Shown here piece by piece: positions 26,873-41,400 of a DNA stretch of 64,000 bases; within the stretch, counting starts at the first letter, position 1, and every line of letters starts with the position of its first letter. Where the stretch lies: the NCBI GenBank assembly GCA_012295275.1, contig CM022675.1:7254001-7318000 (forward strand), read 5' to 3'. The position numbers and the translations under genes are program-made. Below the pieces are notes generated by a model. It worked only from the letters and a program-made list of their open reading frames with translations, did not search any database and was not told the DNA's origin. This DNA comes from Chrysomallon squamiferum (lineage: Eukaryota; Animalia; Mollusca).

Positions 26873-27918
26873 CCAAAGTGAAAGAGAGAAGACAGGAAAT
26901 GGGTGTAGGTATGTAAGTGTTTTGTTTTCTATTGTTATACATTCCTGGAAGGTCATTGTATCTGTGTTTTGTCTGCTGTTAAACAATGTGGTTATATATA
27001 TCACAAGATGTATCATCATAACAAAGTTTTTACATACTGATGATGTAAATGCATATATGTATGTGTATGTATAAATGTTTGAAATATATTCAAAACTGAA
27101 AATAGAATTTGTACTTTAGATACTATGGTAACAGGTTGGCTTTTTTTTCTTTTTTTTTATTTTTATATTTAATTATTACTTACAGAACTGGAATCTGTAA
27201 TCCAGTATTCCATTCATCTGTAAATCTTCTGCATGTCTGTCCATCTTTATGTTCCATCATATATTGTAATTGTTTTTTGTTTTTTTTAAATTATTGTTTC
27301 TGTTTTCTGATCTCTTTCTCATATTAACATTTTTTTAGTGTTCCATCCATCCATCCATCCATTTATCGTTCACACAGCCCATTCATTTTCCCATTCATTC
27401 ATTCATCCATTCCTCATCCATCCTTCCACTGATTCACTCATTCAGTTTATCATCCATCCATCCATCCATCCATCCATCCATCCATCCATCCATCCAAATA
27501 CTACACAAACTATTAAACCCTGGTAATAACTTGAAGTATACATTATATACACACACACATGCACACCAAAAGTATGTAACACATCATTACCATGGTAACA
27601 CTTTTTTTTTTTTTTCTTTTCTTATCCTCTGGTGGGAGGGGGAGTGGAAGAGGGGAGGGGTAACTGATCTTATCAGCAACATGCCACAGGAATGAGTTCT
27701 GTGTATTGTTTTAAGTTGGAGATAATTTAAATTCACAGCCTCTTTTTAGAGTCTTCTGCCAGTTCAAATTCACCAGACATTTTGTTAAATAGTTAACTAA
27801 AAGGTGAATTTTTTTTGGGGGGGTGATTTAGGGTGAAGAGAGAAAAGTCCAGTAATTAGATGTTTAATTTTATCTTAAATATTTTGTGGTGATGTAGGTG
27901 AAGGTGACAAGGAGGTGT

Positions 27919-27962
<44 letters not shown>

Positions 27963-28833
27963 CAAGGATTGTTTATACATGAAGAGTTACAATCAAGGGA
28001 GATAAATTTAATTAGACATTTATGTCTTAGTTATTTATAAAAAACAGATGATGGGATAGCTAGGGGAGTTTCTGTCAGGAAAATCTAACTTTAATAATTA
28101 AAGGATTGTTATTAGAAAAAGAGTTACAGTCAAGGGAGATAAATTCAATTACATATATATGTGTGTCTCAAATGTTAAGGAAAAACATGGAGATTTTGAA
28201 GTAAAGAAATGAAAGATTCTGCCTAGTCAGTCTGTAAATAAAAACTTTGTTTATAAAGAAAGGGAGAAACAGTTTAATAATTAATAATTAATTTAAATAT
28301 TATGGATTTAAAATTTATTGTCGTCAAACACTTCAAAAGATGAAATAGATTGAAAAAACTTTTTTGTTTGTAAATGTCTACGGAAGAACTAGCTATTTAG
28401 TTAATAAATAAAATCCTGGGCAAAATCTTTATTAAATTAACACTGAACAGTTTTAATAATCAAATGCTTATGGCTTAGTATGTTGCTGAAGCATAGTATT
28501 ATTAGAGGGTTAGGTGATGTGTGTGTGTGTGTGTGTGTGTGTGTGTTGATAAACATAATGTTAAATTAACAAGAAAAGGTAAGGAGAGGTTTAATCAGAA
28601 GAAAACACATGTGAAATTTGGCAACAAGCAGAGTAAAACTGTTTTTAATGATGTGTGTAGTTAACAGAGATAACGTATTCCAGACAACAAATAAAAGTTT
28701 ATACTCAGCATCAGCTGTTTTCTGTCAAACCATAGGAAACAGTGGAACCTATCTTTTTAAGTGAAAGAAGCTTCTTTTTAAATTTTGTTTTTAGATTTTG
28801 TACTTTTAAACATTAAAAAAATAAGTAAGTAAG

Positions 28834-28879
<46 letters not shown>

Positions 28880-29086
28880 TACTAATATTACTAGTAAAAA
28901 TAAAAAAATAAATAAATAAATAACAATAGTAGTAGTAGTAGTGGTAGTGATGATGATGATGATGATGATGATGACAACAACAACAACAACAATGACAACA
29001 TTAATAACAATAAAACTACAAATAATAATAGTAATAAATAAATAAATAAATAATAAACAAACAAAAAACCAAACTAACTATCTGAC

Positions 29087-29129
<43 letters not shown>

Positions 29130-29804
29130 AAAATAAACAATATCAGGCAGATTACTGTTCATGCATCAGATCAGATATTTAAAAGAAACCTTCAGCATTT
29201 TGCAGTATTTTAATACACTTATTTGTCTACTGTCAACACAGCACATACCACATACTTTGACAGGTGATTAATTCTAAATCAACACAGATAGTGTTAAACA
29301 TTACCATGGGGTCACATTATATCTCTATAACCAGACATTTAGTTACTAGAAATACACACACATCTTTAATGTATGTGTATAATTCTACAATGTATACCAG
29401 AGATTTTTAATAATGATTAATTCATAATTATCAGAAAATCTTTACCATGAGGCTGTGTATTAAATCACTGAAATGAATCAGTTATTCGAAACATGTTTTT
29501 CTACTGTCAAGGCAGCATGCACCATACACTTTGATTGATGAGTAGTTCTAAATCGGAAAGCTGATAGTCCCTATTATGTATCTTCATTACATTTCAAAAA
29601 ATCAATCAGTAAGTCATGATTATATTCAGACCAGATTAAAGTACATCTGTCGTGGCAACTCAGTTGTAAGAGTACAACATTATCAGCTCATGTTGGTGTT
29701 ATAGAAAGTTAAAAAGGACAGTTAGTGTGTTAGGGCTTTAGTTAGTATGTTAGAATATTTAAATAATAATCTAAAAAAAATAAAAATTAAAAATTAAAAA
29801 ATTA

Positions 29805-29872
29805 AAAATAGTGGAGTCACCCTATCACTACTAAGGACTGGTGCCAGAACTGGGATTCAATCCCAGAACCTA
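29805..29872 (-). mobile_element. Possible tRNA-derived SINE remnant (T-arm/B-box-like hairpin)
   Basis: CTGGG-ATTCAAT-CCCAG at 29850-29866 reads GGGATTGAATCCC on the minus strand, similar to the GGGTTCGAATCCC T-arm. No A-box or cloverleaf was found. Confidence 0.3.
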
Positions 29873-30299
29873 GAACACTCTTTTTAAAAAAAATAAATAA
29901 AAAAAACACACCCATTAGCTTAACACACACAGCAACATGGCGATAAATTCACTGACTGCACTGGTGAAGCCATCTGAGCTTGTCCAACCAAAACTTCCAA
30001 CACATTGACGAGGTTTGTCTCCAGTTACCACAGCGAAGATGGGGTAAAGATTAACATGTTTTGAAAACACAGAGAATCACCTGGAAAATTGCCTCTGGCT
30101 GGGTTTGGGGGGGGGTGGGTGGGGGGGGGAGTGCATGGGGGGATTGCGCTGGTGGTGGTGGGGTGTGTGTTTAAAGAGGCGTGACTTGCAGATCTGAAGG
30201 TTCCGCGGGGTGTTGATGGGGGAGACTCTCTTGTCTGCGTCTTGTTTGAGATTCTTTTTCTCACTTCTTCTCTTCTCAGGTTTTAAACGCTGTGACTTT

Positions 30300-30491
30300 C
30301 TCTTTTGCTTTCTCACTCTATGTCTCTCTCTCTCTCTGTCTTTCCTTCTCTCTTTATATATTTTTCTCTTTATCTCAGTTTTTATCTCTCTCAGTCTTTC
30401 TCTTTCTCTCTCTCTCTCAGTCTTTATCTTTTTCTTTCTTACTTTCTCTCTTTAGGCCATTATCTCATTCTTTTCCTATTTCTCTATTTGC

Positions 30492-30566
<75 letters not shown>

Positions 30567-30720
30567 TCTCTCTCCAACTTTCTTTCTCTGTATATATTTT
30601 TCATCTATCTAACTCTCTTTTTTCTCTCTCTCCATATTTTTCTCTTATTCTGTCAGCCTTTATCTCTCTCTCTCACTTGCTTTTACTTTCTCTCTCATTA
30701 TTTCTGTCTATCTTTCAATA
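30300..30720. repeat. (CT)n-rich polypyrimidine tract
   Basis: Directly visible. Confidence 0.92.
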
Positions 30721-32083
30721 AATTATTTCTAATTATATCTTCAATCTTCTTTTTTTCTTTTTCTCTCTTTATATTTCTCGTTAAATCTCTCTCTATTATG
30801 TCTCCTCATTCTGTTTTTTTCCTTAACCACCTTTTTTTTTTATTTCTTCCTTCGCATGCATGTATGCATGTATGTACACAAACACACACACACACACACA
30901 TTTTGATTATTTAAACCTCTCTCTCAGTCTCTCTCTCTTGTATGATCAGTCAACCAACACGCACTAAAGATTTATCGAACATCTCCCTGACACAGGTGGA
31001 GGTTTTTACCTGTGCAGTGCACCATTTCAACCGTGACAAAGATCTTGCGTTACAACTCACTAGTACTCTCTGGGTGTGCGGTCAGTGTGTCGGTCACTTT
31101 CAATGGCTCCTGTTCAGACATCTTGAGGGAATAGTTTCATGTTGCTGTAATATTTTCCAAACACTTCATAATCATTTATGGATTTTGTCGCAGGATGGCT
31201 GCCCCAAGTAATGAGAAGTTTGGTTCAGGAAAATAGCATGTGAGTTGTTTTTTAAATTCAGTAGTGGTCTTTAATTATTATGGACTTGTTTTGGATTGTG
31301 TTGTCTGTGTAATATTTTCTACAAGTTTAATATCAGTTTCCTGAATGAATCTGGTTTTGATAAAAAGAGAAATGTGAGACACAAAAATATAAAGAGAGTA
31401 ACCTTCAAAGGTGGGTTTTTTTGTGCATAAGTAATTGGAGATGATTTTTAACTTTTTAATTTTTATAAACATTCAGTTTATGGTTGTTTTTTTTTTTAGT
31501 TTAATATGTTTATTAACGTGTACATACATAATAAAAAAAAAAATAAAAAAAAAAATAAAAAAAAATAAAAAAATGTAATAATGTATAACACACACATACA
31601 TACATACATACACATACATAAATACATGTTTACAAATATACTGATACACATTCATACATGTGTACATATCTTTAAAATAAGATTTAAAAAAGTAATAATA
31701 TGTAACAAAAAAACACACACACATACATTCATACATGTCTACAAATACATAGATACACATTTATACACACACACTAGTACATGCACTGAAAAATTTACAT
31801 ACACACACACACACACACCCATACAGAACAAACACTTCAGATGAATACAGACAGACACACAGACACATTGACACAAATCTGTATACCACAAAATAAAAAC
31901 CTTTCAAAATATCTGGTACTTCTGTAAGTGTGTTCTGTGTGTATGTGTGTATGAACATGTGTTTGTGTGGTTGGTACATAATAAATGATCTTCATTTCTT
32001 TTATTTTTCTTGTTTTTTTGTTTCAAAGTTCCTATTTATAAGAAATATATATATATATATATATATATATTTGAATTATTTTC

Positions 32084-32119
<36 letters not shown>

Positions 32120-35100
32120 ATGTATATGTATTAATCTGTGTGCATTAGTTCTTGTATTTATGTGTCTGTGTGTATGTAGTTATATATACATTTATTCACA
32201 ACTGTTTTTTTCTCTTTTTTTTTAACAGAACCCTCTAACTCATACATTTTCATTTCTACGCAAATTTTACTTTTAAATTCCAATATCAGCCAACCTCCCC
32301 CCCACCTCTGCTACCAACATTTCTGGAACTGCCCCTTGCAAAATTATATACATAAACTAGGAAAAGCTCTTGTTTACTTTACTTAATCTACTTAGTAGAT
32401 GTTATACTGGCTGGAGTCAGGTTTTCTAGTACTGCAGAAAACTTGGATCTGGATAATTTCATACTGACAGACATACAGACAGACTAATGCTGGTTTATAA
32501 ATGTCAGACACAAATGCAGCCATCTTGAAATAAAACATAATTTATTTTTTTTTCCCTACAGAGGTTAATTTCAGACTGACAGTCTAATGTTGATTTTACA
32601 AATGTCAGTCAAAAATTCAGCCATCTTGAAATATTGTTTCCCCTGTAGAAAACAGCAGATGCAATGATCTTTTTTTTCTGTGTTTTTTTACTAATTCAAA
32701 AAAATAAAAAAATAAAAAAAAAAAAATAAATAAAATAAAAATATTAATCATAAAGTATTATTTCTCCTACTCTAAAATTCTGTCTGCCTGTTTGTCTGTC
32801 TGTCCATTATTCATTTTAAGACTTAGACTGTGAGCATTGTTGTGTTTCATATTCTTTTCGGATGGTATATACCTGATGGTATTAATACTGACCCCAAAGT
32901 TTGTCTATCTGTCTGTATGTCAGTCTTTCTTTCTCAGTTTCTGTCTTATGTGTAAATAGGCAGTGTACAAAAAGAGATTAAATTTCTTTTTGAACTGTGT
33001 GAGTTTCATCTTATTGAAAATAGCATCAATTTGTCTGTAAGTCTTCCTGTTTGTCTATGCATTTATAATGTGCTGCACAACTTGTCTCAACAAGTTAAAA
33101 CCTTTTCTGTATCAAAAACGGCTTTTAAGAACAATTTAAAAATGTTTTAAAAAATAAGCCCATAATTTAAAAAAACAACAAGAACCTCCCCTCCCCAAAA
33201 ATAAATTCTCGGCTATGCATATTATATTAAGGGATATCATCATCGCTTTCATCAATATTTTTATCTCTTGCAAAAAAAAAAAAAAAAAAAAAAAAAGAAG
33301 AAGTCTACCATTATTTATTGATAAAAGCTGGAGATTTTTTTCTTTTCTTAACTGCACAGTCATCCAACGACAATGACATTAACCTGAACTTGTGGTCCAG
33401 AAAGTAGTATCTCAGATACCAGTGACAGAAATACTGAGATCGACTGGTTTTCCTGGGTCAGGTCATCTTAGTATGCAGGCCTGCGTATTTATTTTGGTCA
33501 GCAGAGTCAAGAAAACCAGTGTCCCACAATGACAGATTTGTTTAAGTCGTGAAAATGCAGTGGTCGAGTTTGGATTAAATTGGCAAGAGAAATAGCACAG
33601 AATGAATGTGGATTTTTAGCAGGGACTATAAACAGTGACTGAAGCTGTGAGAGAATCACACACAATGAGGTTAAATCAGGGTCAGCAACTCTGTACAACA
33701 ATTGACAGGTGTCTGCATAGTACAAAGAGTTTATGCTAGCCAGAAAGACAGGTAAAAAAAAAAAAATAAAAAAAAAAAAATCTTATTAGTAATTACACCT
33801 GTACTTTTAGTATTATAGTTATTTTAAAAGCTTAGATGTTTATTTATTTTGTTTACAGTTGGTATAATGGTTTATTTTTTATTCTGATAAAACTGGACAT
33901 TTTATATTGCATGTTCATGATGTTGAAGTTAAGTTTAAAACTGTTGTGGATTTTAATGTGTCAAGCTTGCTATTTCTATAGATGTAGAAGCAAGTCTGGT
34001 TGTGCTGAATTGCATTTTAAAATTATTCTTATAAATACAGAGGCCTATTGTATACTAATATTTCATTAAAAGATGTGGAAATGCCTATTATGTATTTCAC
34101 ATGTATTTTGTATCTGTAGCTAAATACTTCAGTGTGTCTGCTTATATAAATAATTTCTCTTAGTAATACAGTGGGATTATCTTTAATTTTTATGTCTGTA
34201 TTATATAAATATCACTGTTAGTTTGGATATTTTCATTTCATTAGTTAAACATACACACACAAAACCACAATCAACATAAAATTAAGTTGCTTACCTAGAA
34301 ACATTTCTAATTATATTTACTAACATAATCATTAAAAAGCTGGGCTCAGGTAATTGTCCTAGATCACTCCACATTACCTGACAGGTATTTTAATCTTTCT
34401 TTTAGTGTATACTGTCAATACTAGCTGTTTATTTCATAATAACTGATTTACCCAAATGATAAGTGTCATTGTTTTCAAATGATGAATAAATAAATAGTTA
34501 ATGTCTGTGTGCATGTATTTTTATTTTTCAGTTATTTGGTGTCATAAAATTAAAATGCATGATTTTAAAGTTTTTATTTAATTTATATGCATATGTATAT
34601 GTGTGTGTGTGTTTCATTTCTTTTACATTTTACAAAGGGAGTGGCATTTGCTTACAACATGTATTCACAAACATAAGATGTTTTTCAGGATGGGTTTTCA
34701 TTACATAATATGATATTAAATTTTATTATTTTTTAATTTTCTTTTTTTATTCTGGTAAATCTTTTGCTCTATTTAAACCTGTTTTGCAGGTGGTTAGTAT
34801 TTATCATCATTTTTTTTTTATTATTATTTTTTTTTAAATGATGTCCTTTTTGAAATTTTAAAATATGTTTTATATTTGTTTTCAATCTTTCTGTTTGGGT
34901 GTGGGCTTGCAATGGTTGGAAAGACACATCATATTCAAATGGATTGCTTAAATATATATTTTAAAAAGAATCCAACAACCCTTTAAATGCATTATTTTAA
35001 TCTACATAATGTGTTACATACATTCACAAGTAGTTGCAGATGTTCAAACTGTTACGTAAGACTGATTTGAAATCAGAGAGTGAACGCATGTGTTTTACAT

Positions 35101-35242
35101 AATGATGTCACGGAAAGGAAACTTGCCACTGTCAATCATTTAACAGCAAGAGTTCTTTTATATGTGCTTTTCTTAGAGCAGGAAATGTATTCCCGTGGAT
35201 AATAATAATAGCAATAACACACTGCATTGTACAAAAATGAAC

Positions 35243-35421
35243 ATTATAATATTTATGTTCCAAAGTGAGTATTATACTATTTATGTTCCAAAGTGAGTTT
35301 TATAATATTTATGTACCACAGTGAGTTTTATAATATTTATGTACCAGAGTGAATATTATAAAATTTATGTTCCACAGTGAGTTTTATAATATTTTTGTAC
35401 TAGAGTGAATATTATAATATT
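35243..35421 (+). repeat. 28-bp minisatellite x6 (TTATAATATTTATGTTCCAAAGTGAGT.)
   Basis: GTGAGT/GTGAAT at 35265, 35293, 35321, 35349, 35377 and 35405 gives an exact 28-bp period. Confidence 0.92.
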
Positions 35422-38400
35422 TTAGGAGTCAAATTGATATTTATATGCAAACAGTGCAATGTAATTATTTATTATTTATATACCAATGTGACGATCAATG
35501 GGAATTGATCCAGCATACCTCAACTAAACCCATTATCACTGAGTTACTTTCATCTGTTAGGAAAAGTATTTGAGTTATGGCATGGTCTGTTATCTCGGTA
35601 TGTGCATCAGGGAAAACTAATTCTGGAACCAGTCAAAACTCAGCAAGATCTTTGACTAGATCTGTAACATGCTTATAGTTTATACTTGTAGTCATAGATA
35701 TGAAAGGTATTCCAGTTATGGGACACTTGTCTGTAATCGGATATATGCTATATATATTCCAATGTATGCATCACTTAGGATTGAACCAGCAGTCTACAGT
35801 CACAGATAAGAAAGATATATCAAACACTATCAACTTTGATACTGGAATTAATTATATTCTTATGTGTGGCATCACTATGGTTTGAACCTACAACCTTTTA
35901 CACCTCAGTCAAGACAACTGTACTGAACTGTAATTTTGTAGGCATAGCTAGAAAATATATTTCATTCTTCGGATGCTGTCTACAACAGAATATATCTTCT
36001 AAATGTTCATAAACACAGGCAGGAAAGATATTCTAGTTACCAAATTCTGTCTTCAAGTGGAACATTTTTATCTCCCTGTTCATAAACCCAGACAGAAAAG
36101 AAATTCAAGGAATGGGGCTTTGCCTTTCAGCAGTAAGCTGTGTTTTTTTCACTACATGTAATTACTGAGAACTGATCCTGGATACTGACACACTTCAGAC
36201 CAGCCCTCTGAGCTGCTGCTGAGTTAGTTAGTATGCATGGTGACTAAGAAGAGACAGCAGCTGGAAAATGACAGCAGACGTAATTAATTCATAATAAACA
36301 GAACAGTACGCAACACCTCCAGGACATGCTGCAGAGCCTGTTTGAGCGATTTGCTCGGTATTTACTCAGGGCACTAGAGCTCTGATTCAGTAATCTCAGT
36401 CAGTGTGTGGGTTCATGGCTTAGTGCTTCATGTTTTCTGTTTGTGTTTCATGTTTCCACATCTACGTTTCAAAAAGTTTTATTTAGTTATTTGGGTTTTT
36501 GTGTGTTTCTTTCGCTGTTTTATTTATTTTAATTATAAAATGATTCATCAGTCTTCAGGGGAAAAAAGAAGTATCTAATTTCTAGTTATTAACTGATTGT
36601 TATTTTATTTATTGATATATTTATTTATTACACATTATTATTATTATTATTTCAAATGTTTTTTTACAAATCAGATTGGAATCCCCTTAGAATACAGTTC
36701 TATGTTATTTATTTATTTGTTTTTGCAGTGTTTTTTTTTTTTTCCTGTGTATTTTTTGAATTACTAAAAGTTTATAGTTTTTTTAAGAACAGTGAGTATC
36801 TTTCAACTGTCTGTTGTAAACTGGATGAAATCCATTCCGTATACTTCTAAATGGTTATTTCATTACTTTCATAGTGCCAGTCTTTCCTAACAATAAAGTA
36901 AGAATAATGCGCAGTCTGTGACATTGCATGCACCAGGTTATGTTGGTGCAGTTTTCATATCTTTTAGAAGTTTTATTTTATTGAAAAATCTTTTTACTCA
37001 AGATGTTACCTCGGGTATTAATTTCACTTTTCACATAACAGCATCTGCTTCCATTTTTAGATTTGTTGATATTTGATTTCAGAACTGGCTATTTCATACT
37101 GAAATTGACTTTTGATCTTTGCCAGTTTTCAAATTAAAGGGACTTTTTTTCTTTTTTTTTTTAATGTGCCTGTTTTCTAAAGCAGCCATTTTGTATAGAC
37201 TGATATCTGCCTTTTACTTTTTTTCGAGGTTATTTATGGTTGCAGTCTAACTGCTGATAATTTACTGCAGCATGTTACAGAATATATTGATTTATTTTTA
37301 ACAATGTGGTGTTAGGGATCCAATATTTTAAATGATTTGGCCATAAAATAGAAAACAAGACGAAGAAATTTAATAGGTTGTTTCAGGCTTAACTTTTTTT
37401 AAATCTCCTTCTACATTTGTTTTCTTTCTGTTATTATTAAATTTTTTCTTTTTTGAAGTTCAATTTATTTATTATTAATATTATTTATTTTTATTTTTTT
37501 TATATAACTGACCTATACAATTGTTGTTTTTATATCATTATTGAACTAATAAAAAATATTATTTTTAAAAATTAAGACAAATTTTAAATTATTTTTTCAT
37601 TCTTTCTTTCTTTCTTTATTTAATTTAGAAAACTGTATATTGGTCTTTGTCATTACTGATTCAATAAACCAAATGAGATTTAAAAAAAAAAAATTATTAA
37701 ATTTATTTTAAGTCCATTATTTATTTATTTATTTTATTACTATTTATATATTTTTTTTTAGAAAGCTATACTGGTAACTTCGTATCATCACTGATATAAA
37801 TTAACCATACAAGATGTTTTTTTTATAATTTTTTTGTTCATTATTATTTTTAGTTTTTAATGAATATAAGTTACTTTCTTTTCTGATCCAGTACTGTAAC
37901 AAATTTCATTTCATGAATCACTTGCCTGACATTTGTGTTATACATGAAAACATTTGAAAGGGATTTTAAAAATATTTTTCTTTTGAAATTTTCTGTACCT
38001 TGATATAATATTATATAATATCATTTGTTTGTTCGTTGTTGTTTTTTTGCAAATACTTATGATATAAACCATGATGTGTTAGGTTTATGTAAACAGTACA
38101 GTTTATTGTAAATAACTGAAGCTTAAGGGCTATGTGATACAGTATATATTCTTTTGCACTCCATTGTATATCAGTTATAATAGTTTTTGTTACATACTGT
38201 AACTGTTATATAGATTAATTTCATTGTTGCTTCAGTATTTTATTAAACAGATTAATTTACTTGTTCTAGTCTGCAGAATATTCTTTCACACCAGTGTTTT
38301 TTATTTTTCACTTCAGGTTCATTTAATCGTCTGTGTTTTATTCACTTGCAAAATAGTCTTTTACACTTGACTTACTAAAAAAAAAAAAAAAAAAAAAAAA

Positions 38401-41400
38401 TCCCACAAGTAAAAAAAACCCACAAGTACCAATCATTTTATCACAAACGAAAACCAAATTTGTTCTAGCAATATTGTGCTAATGAAAATTTATTTCTAAA
38501 CGCTGTTACTCAAACCTGAAGTGACATTTAGAAACTATATATTTTTTTCTCCTACATCTAAACTGGGAACACTCCAGGATCACGTATTTTCAGTTAAGAT
38601 TGGCTCATTGGTCTGATAACTGTTGTATTTCAGATTAATCCTTTAACAACGCATTAAACTGTTTCCCCATTCCAAACCGGGCTCTGCTGCTGTTTTATCA
38701 AAGATACTGGTACATGCACATGAAATATTTTGTACTTAAAGGTGAATGCACATCAGTACAGATCCATTTTTAAGAATCCATTAAGCATTTTCCCATTATA
38801 ACCAGGGCTCTGCTGATATTTTATCAAAGATATTGATATCACATAATTAAAGTTTAAATACTATAATATTAATAATAAAAAATAGAGTAAAAATATTGAT
38901 AATAAAAGTACAGAAATAATGCCAATAAAACACAACAGATGGGTTAACAGGTACTGAATATGAAGAGTTAATATTGATAGTAATGTACATATTACAGTTT
39001 TACACTGAAAAAAACTCATAAATGGTTAGCATAGACAAAATATCCAAAGGATTAACTCTGATAGTAATATACATGTTAAGGGTCAAAACTAATGTAACTC
39101 ATAAAGGGATAAAATAGACATAATATCCAAAGATTTAATACTAGTAGTAATATATATATATATATATATTAAGGGTCAACACTGATACAGTTTTTTAAGA
39201 GTTAACATAGAAATGATATCCAGTGGATTAATACTAATAGCATCTGAATGGAAATCTCACAAGATATCAAGGGTTAAAATGAGTACAGCGGTTGAGTGGT
39301 AAAAACAGGCACACAGCACCCAAAGAGTTAACTGACATATTTCCTCATACGCCTGTGTTAACAAAAGTAGCCAAGGTTTTTAACAAGTGAAAGAGAGAAA
39401 TGGCTGGCATTGTTTGTTGGATTATTGATTGAGCTTTTTATTTGGGGAGGACCTAGATGCTATGTGAGAAATGCTGCCATCCACTGTTCATTGTTGCATT
39501 GCTCACCTCCGAGCTCTCCTACAGCTCACCTCTGCTCACCTCTGCTCACCAGGACCCATGTGGAACTGGGATTAGAAATATTTTGATGATGTTTTTTGTT
39601 TTGTTTTGTTTTGTTTCTTCAATTTTTTTTTTTAATTTTTTTTAATGGAACAGAAGAGTTGGGAGATTTTTTATGATGTGTTATTTTGATAATGTGTGTC
39701 TTTGTTTTTTGTGTTTTTTTTTGTTTTATTTTGTTTTATTTATTTGTAATTTAGAATTGATGATTGTTTCTTATTTTATCTATGTTTGTTTTGAATATTG
39801 AAGATAAATACAAATATTGGAGAGAAAGAAAAATTATTATAGTATTTACTTGATTGGTTTTATTTATTTATTTGTTGTTTTTTAAAATCATGGTTGTATA
39901 CAGTTTTTATGGACACGGTTATTCAGAGAAACAGATATTTTATTTACGTAATATACCTGATGCTTAGAAAAAAGACAAAAAAAAAAAAAAAAAATGTATA
40001 TTTCATCAAATTTCATCAGTTTCAAAGATGATTGAAAAAAATTAAATTCTACATGATATCAAAATGTTTATAATTTTTTTCACCTTAATCTTATAAAGAA
40101 TTGAATATTTGGAAAAGCATGGATTACTTCATTCTGGAATGTGTTATGAAAAGTATACAATTTACTTCTGACATGAAAGAAGCAGAAAATAACAATGAAG
40201 ATATATTTAAGGAAAAAGATTTAAAAAAAAATTAAAAATTAAATAGTACAAGATTTTTATTTCACAATAACATTTGAGCAAGAAGGAAATACAAGAATAT
40301 GAAATAGATACATATTAAAAAGAAAATTAAACAGGAAAAATTACAAGTAAGTATATATTTCATGGAATCCATACAAGAACATGGCTGAGCATTTGTTTTA
40401 TATTAATCATGGACTGATGGAGGGAGGTTAGCAGGTCAGTTAGTATATAAATATAAAAATTTCAAGGTTATTTTAAATTAAATTTTGTTTATGATTTTCC
40501 TGAATTTTAAAAATAAAAAATATGTTCACAAAACCATAGTTACGAAACAAAAAAACAAAACAAAATTAAGTTAAGAAAAAAAACGAAAGAAAAAAAAAAC
40601 ATCCCACTTGAACAGGGTACATATGGATCTTATCTTTCACTTGGCCATATGACAATTATCTTTGAAGTTAAAACCCCCCCAAAAAAACCCACAACTAACT
40701 AAAAAAAACTAAATTGCCAGAACAGTTTATGGCAAGTAGTATCAAGGTTGGACAACTCTGTAATGACTTGAACTATACAGACTAAAGGTAAAATGTTCTT
40801 TCTGGCTGTTTTAGTGGGGTTTTTTTTCGTAAAGGTGATTTGTCGAAAACAGTTGTTGCTGGTTATCACAAGCTAGCTTTGCAAGACTTCAAACTGAGAC
40901 CACCTGGCTAATTAATAGTGTGGGCATTAACAGACCAGCAGGGATTCCCAGGTAAAACAGTTAGGTGGGTGTGTTTTTCATTGTTAAGCTGTTCAGGTGT
41001 TGCTTTCTTTTGGATGTCTGTGCTTTGACTGATACTGATGGTATTAGGATTTGTCTGAGGGTGGAGGGAGAAGAAAGAGAGAGAGAGAGAGAGAGACTGA
41101 GAAAGAGTGATAGCAAAAGAGAGAGATGGAGAAATTGAGAGAAAAGACAGGATGTGATAGTGAAATGGATTGAGATAAAGAGAGGAATGGACTGAGAGAA
41201 AGATATTGAAAAAAAAGAATTAAGAGAATGAGAAAGGAAAAGACATGAGTGATAGAAAGAAAGAAGAGAAAGAAAAAGAAATATTAAAAAATGGAGAGGT
41301 AAACCAAAATATGATGCAGGATGAAAGATACATGTAATAACAAGACAATATTTGGACAATAACGTTTTGAATAACTATTAGAGAAAGACAAGAAGAAAAT

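Noticed and set aside
29850-29866. tRNA gene
   Set aside because: Only a T-arm-like hairpin; no acceptor stem, D-arm or anticodon arm.
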